From positions 84,050 to 137,861 of the forward strand of contig BLSG01000281.1 in the NCBI GenBank assembly GCA_012862495.1: 53,812 bases of DNA, given 5' to 3'. The position numbers and the translations under genes were made by a program. The notes beneath the pieces are model-generated. The model ran no database searches, had not been told where the DNA came from, and was given only the letters and a program-made list of their open reading frames with translations. Shown piece after piece: positions 22,025-32,074 of this stretch. The stretch comes from Thraustochytrium aureum. Taxonomy: Eukaryota. The first letter of the stretch is position 1. The number at the start of each line of letters is the position of its first letter.

Positions 22025-22696
22025 TCACTTTGGAAGCATCGTTTTGCTATACCACTTTGACTGCGCGTAGTAGTAGAAAAAGTCGCAGTAGAGGGCCGTC
22101 TGCACAAAGCCAGAAACCCACACGATCCAGGTGACCCGCGAAGAGTGATACGTCTTCTCTGTCACGTAGCGCTCGACCCAATTCAGGATGTACAGGGCGC
22201 GATACGCTCCGAGGCAGAACACGTAGTTGGCGGTCAAATTTTCGATGTTGCCGTACCGCTGCATCAGGACGAGCTGCGGCATGATTGCAACAGCCTCCAA
22301 GTAAATGGAGAAAGTCCACAAAATCTCTATCACCGTGAACTCGCTGTGGAATACCAGAGCCAGCACCGCGCATGGAAGGACCAAAAACTCGAGGTACCGG
22401 AAAGAGTCTTCGTCCTTCTTGTACGTCGCCTTCCACGGATGCTTTACGCGAAAGTGATACACAATCGCGGCCGAGGCGCCGATGTAAATCACTTTCATCG
22501 TGAAATTGTACACGTGCAGAAAGTCGAACCGGGCAAAGTTGAACAGGTCCAGGTACCGCGTCACGAATACCAGAAGATAGAGCTCTTGCGTTTTCAATGA
22601 CAGGCCCTCAACCGTTCGCGCCTTCAGCATCTTGAGGAGCAGCACCGCAAAGCTCGCAAGATGGATCATGTCCCCACCGAACCGGAAGATGTTCAT
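22025..22696 (-). CDS. ERD2: ER lumen protein-retaining (KDEL/HDEL) receptor
   Basis: MNIFRFGGDMIHL, GLSLKTQELYLLVFVTRYLDLF, EILWTFSIYLEAVAIMPQL, LGAYRALYILNW, VQTALYCDFFYYY. Confidence 0.96.
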   Translation of the reverse strand: MNIFRFGGDMIHLASFAVLLLKMLKARTVEGLSLKTQELYLLVFVTRYLDLFNFARFDFLHVYNFTMKVIYIGASAAIVYHFRVKHPWKATYKKDEDSFRYLEFLVLPCAVLALVFHSEFTVIEILWTFSIYLEAVAIMPQLVLMQRYGNIENLTANYVFCLGAYRALYILNWVERYVTEKTYHSSRVTWIVWVSGFVQTALYCDFFYYYAQSKWYSKTMLPK

Positions 22697-23134
22697 CTTT
22701 GCAGGCTGGCCTTGCGCCTTGGCAAAACAACCGCCACCGAATCTCTGGCGGGCGCCAAGTACTGCACCTGATTCGCTCGCAGAGGCAGCCCAGCGAAGGA
22801 CCGTCGGTCGCGCGCCCCGCCAGCGCAGTAGGCGCGTTGTCGCACTCCCTAGCGCGAAAGGGGGCCTAGCTTGTCTTGGTCTTGGCTCGCGATGCAGCTG
22901 CCGAGGAGAGCGCCGTCGCGCCTTGCGCTTCTGACCGCTAGACCGCGATGCTCGCCACGTCATCAGCATCAGCATGACGTCAGCCGAGCAACGAGCAGGC
23001 CTTGATTTCTTCTTGAATCTTTCTTTCAAGACTGGTACCCACTCGTGTCAAGCGCATCAACAACCCAACCAGAGCATCGACCTGCGCGCTGGCCAGGTGG
23101 GTGGAGTTGCTCCAGAGCTAGAGTACGAGTTCGT

Positions 23135-24973
23135 TTAGTTTGCAGCAGTATAGACAGCCATGTACACGTCCTGCTGCTTGGAAGCAGAGTGGACGCGCTC
23201 CGGCGCGATCGACCGCACAAACCTGTCATTAAACCAGGCCCAGCTCGACTCGCCCGCGACTGCGGCAGCTGTATAGTGTCCAAAGTCGAGCGAAGAACCG
23301 TTGTGGAAAACGGCGCCGCNNNNNNNNNNNNNNNNNNNNNNNNNNNNNNNNNNNNNNNNNNNNNNNNNNNNNNNNNNNNNNNNNNNNNNNNNNNNNNNNN
23401 NNNNNNNNNNNNNNNNNNNNNNNNNNNNNNNNNNNNNNNNNNNNNNNNNNNNNNNNNNNNNNNNNNNNNNNNNNNNNNNNNNNNNNNNNNNNNNNNNNNN
23501 NNNNNNNNNNNNNNNNNNNNNNNNNNNNNNNNNNNNNNNNNNNNNNNNNNNNNNNNNNNNNNNNCGAAACGGCCACCGAGGCCCCTGTGTTGCTACATTT
23601 GTCACACACAAAGTCGGCGACCGCGGAATCCCCGAAGAAAGTACCAACGAGGCGTTCAAAGGTGAGCCCCGCACCTTGTCCTTCGTCGCCTCCCTCCCGT
23701 GCATAGGCAAATCCAACGAGAGGTCGTGGAATGCCAAATCGTGCTTGCACGCGTACTCGCAGTGGCTACACCGCAATGTCTGCGTGGCAGTGGTTTCGAA
23801 CAGCCCGGCTAGCGCTTTGCGGCCCACCGCTCTCTCGAAGGCGTCCATCAAGTACATCATGAGCTCGTGAGCGTCTTGCTGTGCCCGGGATGCAAACCGG
23901 CTCGCCCCAGGCAAATCGGCCTCACAACGACCCAGGGCCTCCTTGAGCGCACGAGCGTCCATGCCCGTTTCGTCCGCGTTTGTGGGCGCTCCTGAGAAAC
24001 GGACCTTGTCTGCTGCTGTCAGGTACCGGCTGACTCGCAGAAACTCTCTCACGCAATCCATCTCAGGCGCCCCCTCACGGTGCCCGACAACCGGCCCGCT
24101 TTCAGCATCACGCAGGAGCTCGACCAGGGGCTGGACTCGTGCAAGAACCTGAAGCAGCGCGTTCGCGTAGCACGAGTTGCCTATGTTTGCAAGACCGCCC
24201 GGAGTCTCGCTGCGTTCTGGCGCGTTCGCGAACGAGGTTGAGAGCAGCGGCGCAGGTCCAAATATGCGTCGTTTGCCAAAGCTGGAGGAGAGCGCCGAAG
24301 CAGCCCATACGGGATTCTGAGCACGCGAGCGCCGGATCTCGCTGGACAAAGGGTCACTCTTGCGGCTGCACGGCGGATCGCCAGAACTTTCGCGCTCGCG
24401 CTTGCCCATTCTCACATCGTCGCAAGCTACCCGTCGGATATCTTCTCCGATGTACTTGATGGCAACAGGAGCGCTTCGTTTGCCGGAGTCGGACAGCGGC
24501 TCTGCCCCAGCAGCCACAGTTGATTCCTCCGCGTTTGTAGCGCGCAGCGGCAGGGCCTCTTCTTCGCTCGGCGCGACGCGCTCAGGCTCCATGGTGCGCT
24601 CGCAGATCGCCGACTTTGCTTTCTCGCGAACATCCGCACAGAGCGCTTGGAAAAAGGCCACCAAGTCGTCGATGCGGTCTGGGCCGGTGCTCAACAAGAG
24701 CCGGTAGAGCCCAGCGTCCCGCGCATACTCTACGCTGATCCGCTGCGCCCCGTGCTCCAGAGAGACACGCGTGACCTGGGCGAGCCGGACGACCATGTTT
24801 CTTGCTTGGCCTTGGACATCGACCACTTCGCTCCGCACTTTTAGCAGCGCAAGAGGCGCGCGCGACACCGAGGCGTGGTTACCTGTGTGCGACGCAAGCA
24901 GACCCTTCCCGCCTTCAATCCATGGGTCGTTGCCCTGAACACCGCAGTCGGCGAGGGTCCGCTTGGGCCCCAT
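23135..24973 (-). CDS. Ubiquitin-specific protease (peptidase C19, USP family)
   Basis: Cys box GLANIGNSCYANALLQ, QQDAHE, Zn-ribbon pairs CSHC and CDKC, His box HNGSSLDFGHY..WFND. A -1 frameshift lies in a G-run at about 23697, and there is a gap at 23320-23564. The start codon is uncertain. Confidence 0.88.
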   Translation of the reverse strand: MGPKRTLADCGVQGNDPWIEGGKGLLASHTGNHASVSRAPLALLKVRSEVVDVQGQARNMVVRLAQVTRVSLEHGAQRISVEYARDAGLYRLLLSTGPDRIDDLVAFFQALCADVREKAKSAICERTMEPERVAPSEEEALPLRATNAEESTVAAGAEPLSDSGKRSAPVAIKYIGEDIRRVACDDVRMGKRERESSGDPPCSRKSDPLSSEIRRSRAQNPVWAASALSSSFGKRRIFGPAPLLSTSFANAPERSETPGGLANIGNSCYANALLQVLARVQPLVELLRDAESGPVVGHREGAPEMDCVREFLRVSRYLTAADKVRFSGAPTNADETGMDARALKEALGRCEADLPGASRFASRAQQDAHELMMYLMDAFERAVGRKALAGLFETTATQTLRCSHCEYACKHDLAFHDLSLDLPMHGREATKDKVRGSPLNASLVLSSGIPRSPTLCVTNVATQGPRWPFXXXXXXXXXXXXXXXXXXXXXXXXXXXXXXXXXXXXXXXXXXXXXXXXXXXXXXXXXXXXXXXXXXXXXXXXXXXXXXXXXXXGAVFHNGSSLDFGHYTAAAVAGESSWAWFNDRFVRSIAPERVHSASKQQDVYMAVYTAAN

Positions 24974-25322
24974 CGTCAGGGCCTGCTCTGCGCCTGGGCT
25001 GTTTCCTTTCCGCGGCCGCCACCAGGCCGCGCAGCACGCGGGAGCCGGCAGGCACAGCAAGCGGGAGCCGGCAGGCACGCCCACTCGAGCGAAGAGCAGA
25101 GCGACTCGCGCGGGCTTTCGGTGCAGCGCGTTTGTTTCTTCAGCACCCACGACCGAACCGCCATGGGCAAAAATTGACGCAAGAAAAATTTGAAATTTCA
25201 AAAAAATCCATCCCTTTTTTATAGGCGGTGGTCGTGGCCGCGCAGGTCGCAGCGCGCGAACTTGTGCGGCGGGGCAGCCTAGGACTTGCTTGCGGCGCTC
25301 TCAGGTGCGCGTTTCGTTGTTG

Positions 25323-28300
25323 CTACTTGCGCATCTGGGTGAAAGCGTCTCCTGAAAACGAGGACCCCGAGCTCCCAAACCCGCTCGAGCCAAAACCTCC
25401 ACCTCCAAACCCCCCGGAACTCGAACCAAAACCGCCGCCCCCAAAGCCAGACCCGCCAGGCGCCCCACTTGCGCCAAAGCCTCCACCACCAAAGCCTCCA
25501 CTCCCCGCCGCAGAAGATCCAAAGCCGCCGCCGCCTGACTGAATCGCACCGCCAAAGCCCCCGCCGCTTGGCTGCGACGCTCCAAAGCCGCCGCCCGACG
25601 CCGACAACGGCGCGTTCGCGGCCCCAAAGCCCCCAGATGAAGGCGCAGCGCCGAATCCAGAGCCGCCGAATCCAGAGCCGGCATTTGCAAAACTTGCAAA
25701 GCCGCCTCCCGACCCGCCAGACGAACCAAGCCCTGACGGCGCGCCAAAACCGGGAGTGCCAAAGCCCCCGCTTGACGACGCGGTTCCTGCGGGAGTGCCA
25801 AAGCCCCCGCTTGACGACGCGGTTCCTGCGGGCGCACCCCCGAACGCTTGCACCGCAGCAGGGGCGCCAAAGCCAGAAGACGAGTTGAAGCCGCCGGCGC
25901 TGCTGCCGGCGCTGCTGCCACCGCCTCCGAAGCTGCTCGCTCCGAACCCGCTCTGTCCTGGCGCTGCCGCANNNNNNNNNNNNNNNNNNNNNNNNNNNNN
26001 NNNNNNNNNNNNNNNNNNNNNNNNNNNNNNNNNNNNNNNNNNNNNNNNNNNNNNNNNNNNNNNNNNNNNNNNNNNNNNNNNNNNNNNNNNNNNNNNNNNN
26101 NNNNAGCAGCCCCCCCGCCGCTGGAACCAAACCCGCCCTGGCCAAAGCCAGAGCCTTGTGATGCGCCCGCGCCAAGGACGCTAGCAAAGTAGCCCTGCGC
26201 ATTGTAGGTCTCCTCGAGCTTCTGAAAAAGGATTGGCTGTTTGGCGAAGAAGCGGGTGGACACCTCGTCCACCTTGGCCAACTTTTCGCGGTTGAATTTG
26301 GTGTAGAAATCCACAAGGAGCTGCCGAAGTTGGCCCTCCGAGGTAGCGACCCCCCCACCAGCGCCAGCTGCAGGCGGCGCTGGATTGCCCCCTCCAAGTG
26401 CACCAAAGGGAGAAGGTGAGGCGTTGCTCTGGCTGCTGGACGCACCAAGTCCACTCGTGGCGCCGAAACCGCCGCCGAACGCTGGGGCAGCAGCGGGCTT
26501 GCCAAACAATCCAGAGCTCGAGCTCGGGCCCGCCGGCGTCGCAGCAGCTGACGCTGGAGCGGACGACGCAGGCGTCGAAGCCCCAAACCCCCCAAACCCC
26601 CAAACCCAGAGGAACCAAAGCCGCCGGCCGAACCGGCAGCGCCTGGAGAAGCCGGAGCCAGATCGACGCCCTTAGCTTCATTGTCAGGCCGGGCGGGGAC
26701 AAGGCGCACCGAAGTCTTACAGGCCCTCGAGCTTTTTAATCAGCTCACCTCCGCGCCCTTTGTAGCGCTCAAGCGCGGCCTCGACAGAGCTGACCTTGGT
26801 CGGTTGTGCTGCTTGTAAAACTCCACGAGCGTGGCGCGCAGGTCGACGTTCGGAGGGTCGGCTGAGCTGTCGGCGCCGAGCTTCGCTGCGGGCGACTCTC
26901 GCGCTGACAACGACAGTCCTAATCCACCCCCTGCGTTGCTGCCAAAAAGAGAGCCGCCGCCAGACGGCCCCACCGCTTGGTCTTCGCTTGTGCGCTTCCC
27001 CGCACCAGAACGCGCTTCTTGCGTGGCGGTGGCATCTGTTTGGAGCTTCAGGGGCGCAGGTGCCGACAGCGGCGATTCGCTGCCATCCTTGGCCGTCTCG
27101 AGGGCAGCGCTCAGGCTTGACAGGCCCTTACTCGGAGTGAACTCTGCTTGCGAGGCTCCTTCAGGACCGCGGGGCGCGAAACCCTGACCGCTGGCAGGAG
27201 CTCTTGGCTGCGCAGGCTGCCGGCTTCGCGCCGACACGGACCACGAGTCCCCCACATCGCCCTCGACGACCTCCTTCAGCTTTGGCGGGTCTGGAAACCC
27301 CGCGAGAGCGTCTTGCGCCTTTTCGCCCAGGCCAGCGCGCTTTCTGGTCGCAAACTGCGAAATGAAGGCAACCGCCTCAGCTTCACTCGAGCTCGCCCGA
27401 TCTGCGTCTTGGGATTGCAGCGCCGACTTGACCAGCAACGACCTGCGCCACCGCAGCTCGCTTCGCGCGGCAGCACGCGGCAGCGCGGCTTGCCGTTGAG
27501 TGGCGTCGCGCTTGACAGACCCGCTTCCATCCCTGACCAAAAGCGGTCGAGTGTCTCGAGTCTTGCGAGCTTCGACATTGCGTCTCCGCAGTTCTGCCAA
27601 TTCGTGGTGTAGCGAAGGACGCGCCGACGTGCGTCCAAGACAGGGGCTTGAACGCCTGGCGCGTTCCACAGTCTCGAGCGCCTCGTCGCGCAGCGCAAGG
27701 GCAGTGACACTTGCTTCCGCGCTGGTCGCGGTTAGCTCTTCGATGCCGCGCAAGCGAGATGCCAGCTCAAGCAACTCGCGAAAGACCTTTTGCGCGCCGC
27801 GAAAGTTGGCCAGAGAGTGCTCCAGGATGCCTCTAGAGGCAGCCTCCCCTGACGGCTTGATCAGGCGACCAACACGCTGTCCCTTTCGCTGCCACGCTTG
27901 CACGCGACTTTCTCGCGCGACGAGTTGCTCCTCGAGGAAACTGAACCGAAGCTTCAAGTCGGCGAGCCTTGCAGCAAGGGCCTGCGTGAGTTCAAGGTCC
28001 TCGCTGGTCGCTGCTGCGCCCTGCTCGTCGAGATCGCCAGCGCCAGAAGGCCCGTCGGATGCGTCGCGCGACAAGAGTCGCTTGATACGCTTGGCCTTTT
28101 CAGCAAGCTCCAACACCCGCGACTCTTGCGTTAGGTAATTGCGGCGCAGTGCCTCGAGGCGCTTCGCCACGTTTTCCAGGGCTGGCGCTAGGGCGTCGCG
28201 GCGAAAGGCCTCGAGCTCGTCAAAGCAAACTCCGAGCTCTCCAAACTGTGCGCCGCTGGCAGCCCATTCTTGCGTGGTCTGCGGTCCGAATTCGCCCAGA

Positions 28301-31300
28301 AGGGCCTCATGCTTGATCTTGACCATCAAGTTGATGCTCTCAACCAATCGCGCAGTCTCATCGTCAGGATCGCCAATCTTTCCTTGGGTGATCCTCAGGC
28401 TCGTCGATGGGGCAGGCAGCGCCGCTTTCCTCTGCGAATCTACTCGGATAAGATCTACGAATCGGATCGTGGGCGGGGACTCGAGCTGAGAGTGGCGCTC
28501 AAACTTTGCGAGCTGCGCTTTAAGCGCCGAGTTTTGCTCTTCGAGCGTGCGAACCTTGCTTTCAAGCTCCTCCTTGAACCTGCCGACTTCTTGATCCAAA
28601 GACTTGAGACTCTCAACAGCAGCCGGCGAGTCCGTCGTCGGCCCGACGCTCCGTGTCACGGGCGACTGCTGGTGTAAACTTGGCCGCGTCGCTCCGTTCA
28701 GGTTGCCCGTTCGGTCACGTATGACGTTGACCGCTGCGTCCCCAGTAGCTTTAGTCGAGCGCGATGATGACGTCTGTGGTTGCTCAGTTTGGTCACCAAA
28801 CAGTGGAACGCTTTGCGAGATAGGCAGGGTACTTGAGTCGACGCCAGCGAATCCGAATCCGGCTGGTTGCTTGATGTTGGCACTTCGCGCGTTGGAGCTG
28901 GCAAAGTCGTCGCCATGCTTAACGCCACTGCCCGCTCTCGAATGCGGCTGGCTTTCAGTCAAACCACCAGGAACGAAACCCGGCGCACGAAGAGCCGGAG
29001 GAGAAGAGTTCGACTCTGCTCCGCCCAGCCCAGCCGCCAGACTGGGTTTTGCAGGTTGGTCCCGTGCCGCTGAAACAGAAGCCGCGTCAGCCAAACCAAA
29101 CAGGGATGCGCTTGCGGGCGAACCAAACAGGGATGCGCTTGCGGGCGAACCAAACAGGGTTGCGCCTGCGGGCGAACCAAACAGGGATGCGCCTGCGGGA
29201 GCCCCTTCGGCAACGCCTTGTCCAGCGTTTGGCTTTGCCTGGGCTCCACCCGAAACATTGCCAAATATAGACGCAGAAGCGCTCGATTTTGCCTGGGTTT
29301 CTCCCAAAGTCCCGCCAAATAGGGAGGCGGGCGCGCTCGACTTTGCCTGTGTTTCGACAAGGCCACCCCCGAAATTGAGGGCTGGAGCGCTTGCTTTCGA
29401 CTCGTTCGCAAAAAGGGAGGCCGGCGCAGGTGCAGCTGGAGGAACAGGGTTGAAGTCCGCTTCGCCCTGTCCAGCATGCACCCTGGGGTCTGCAGGTCGC
29501 TCCGGTTCCGAGGTAGCTGGCGGCGGACTAGATCCAGGCGTCGAGCTAGCTGGACGAGAAAGCCAGGGCCGCTCGATCACGTGCGGAGGGTACTGGGCCT
29601 CGAGCTTGTCGAAGAGCGCGGCAAAACTGCCCATAAACTTCTTGACGATTTTGTCGATGTTGCTCAGCTTTTCCGGACAGGCTCTGCTGTAAAAGTCTGC
29701 CAAAACGGCTCGCGCCTCAGCCTCCGTGATGCGCGGCGGCGGTGGAGGCCGAACATAAGTAATCGGCGCTGGCTCGTCCTTGTGGTACCCTGTGCGGCCC
29801 ATTCGCGTTGTGAATACATATCCTGCACGCTGCCCTCGAAATTCTGCATCTTGTGGGGATGGAGGCTGCACCCCCTCCGCATGCGGGTCCTCCTGAGGCC
29901 TGTGACTGAGAATTGGTTCGGCTTTAACACCCGTCCAACTCGCGAGTTGCGGGACGGGCGTGGGCGCAGGGGCAATCGCGCCCCCAGATCCCATGGCGCG
30001 CTCCACGGGGAGTTGAGCGATAGTCTCCACCATACCCGGAATACACCGCGCCGCTCCACCCACCTGAAAGTCTGTATCAGCAAATGCAACTGTCTCAATC
30101 AGACCATCCGTCGTGGAAACCAGAAGGGTCGGCGGGGGCAAAAACGACGGTTTGGAGTCGAGCTCGCCAGCATCCCCGAAGATGTAGAATGGCACGATCG
30201 GAGATGTAGTGCAGAGCGACAGCGCAGTTCCAGTCACAAAGGTATCTGCTTGGAAAACCTTCTCGTCCTCCTCCTCGTCTGCGGTGAAAACCCAGGGTTT
30301 CTCAGCAAGGTCCCACATGGACGCGGTGGGGAGATCAGGGTTCTCGCTGGGGTCGTTGTTTGCGTTTTTGACGACCAGTTTTGCCCACTCCGTTGAAGAC
30401 GGCGGGGCTGAAAGAAGCACCATCGTAGAGCTCCAGCTGGACGTCACCACCAGCGCGTTCAGGTGCTCGATGTACTCGAAGAAGAAGCGGTGCTCCCACG
30501 GCTTGTCGAGCTTGTTGAAAGCGAGGGGGTCGCAGAACAGGCTGACTTGCTCGCAAGTCGCTGAGTTTGCTCGCAGTCTGCACATCGCGAGGTGCGGGAG
30601 CAAGTCCTCGGGCTCGCCATCCTCATGCGGGGGGTAAGGGTTGCGGAGGCCGACCGCGATGTCGTTTTGCGAAAACCAAGACAGGCAATGTGCCTCGAAG
30701 TCTCCAGCTAGGTCGTCGCTCGACACTTTGAACGCGCTCGAGACCTCCAGAGTCCCGTCACCTGCAGAGAGCGCGACGATGCGAACAACACCGTCTGCAC
30801 AGGCAATGGCCGCCGAAAGCGTCGGATCGCCCGGCCCGGGCTTGCAATCTACAGCAAGCCCCAACGCCGGCAGCGAGAGGCGGACCGTCCTAGCAGGGCC
30901 AGCCGCGGCATCGAGCACGTGTACGTCGTGCCCGGCCTCCGCGGCCCCTGGCTGGCCGTCCAAAATGCTGCTTGTAAGAACGAACAACTTGCAGGCCGGG
31001 CCAGCCGGGCCAGCAATGCTAGCGTCGAGAATCTGAGGCGCGTCAAACGCCCAGAGGCTCGAGCGCCGTTCGCCTTGCTTGAGACCAGACAGGTCAAACG
31101 CGTAAAGTCGCTCTCGCGACCAGGCGCACGCAAGCAACTGGTCATGTGAGATCTTGACGCCCAGCAATTTCTCACCCGATGCGTCGGCCTCGCATTCCAG
31201 GTGTGCAAAGAGAGCAGGCTGCCGAATTGCGTCCTTGCGCTTGGCTGGAAACGCGCCCTCCAACAGAATGCTTTCGACGTCCACATAGCACTCCTCGAAG

Positions 31301-31623
31301 CCCGCTCCGCCTCCACGCCATCGGCTGAGCCGGACGCGGGGACCAGCGAGTTCGAGCAGCAAGCCGNNNNNNNNNNNNNNNNNNNNNNNNNNNNNNNNNN
31401 NNNNNNNNNNNNNNNNNNNNNNNNNNNNNNNNNNNNNNNNNNNNNNNNNNNNNNNNNNNNNNNNNNNNNNNNNNACTAGGCGGGCGCCTCCGGTAGCCGC
31501 GCGAAAGCGACGCACGCGCGCGTGACGCCGCCCGAGCTCGGTGGCTCGCGCGAACTCGTATCTTGCGACTGCGCCCGCGCCAGACCTCGGCCGTCTTGCC
31601 ACAGGCGGCTGGGCGGCGCTCAA
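25323..31623 (-). CDS. NUP214: Nup214/Nup159-like FG-repeat nucleoporin (beta-propeller-like N-terminus, coiled coil, FG-rich tail)
   Basis: SLFG and GGFG repeats, a central coiled coil, and a C-terminal FTQMRK* as I recall for plant Nup214. Several ORFs join via indels near 26802, 26718 and 26600 and gaps at 25972-26104 and 31367-31474. The start is uncertain. Confidence 0.72.
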
Positions 31624-32074
31624 GTCGTCGCTCGATCAGCGCGTTTCCTCCGCCTTGTGCTGCGCGCGCCGCCTCGGGAGCCCTCGCCTCGCGCTCCGCC
31701 CGCTCCTGCGACCTGCAGGTCTGCCGGCCGCCCGCTCCTCTGGCCGCCCACTCGAGCCCGCGCCCTAACCCACACCCTAACCTACGCGCCGAGAGCGGAC
31801 AGAGGCCGGCGAGCCTGGGGAACGCTTTTGACTGATCATGATGGTCGTGATGATCGTCGGGCGTGCGGCGTGGTGTAGCAGAGCTCGTGCGTGCGGACCT
31901 GGCGAGGCTCGGGGCAGGGGAGCCGCTTTCCGGCTGCGTTGACGGTGGCCTCGGAGATCCGCCCGCCTCGACGTTTCGCTCGTCTTTTTCGCTGCCACTT
32001 GCAAGCACGCGAGGGAGCGAGGGACCGAGGGAGGCAGGGAGGGCGGCAGGCGGGCTCGCCTTGCTGTCGCGAGG

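Noticed and set aside
29090..29200. 27-bp (and 39-bp at 25750-25830) tandem repeats as independent elements
   Set aside because: They are in-frame FG-repeat expansions (LFGSPASAS; SSSGGFGTPAGTA) of the nucleoporin.
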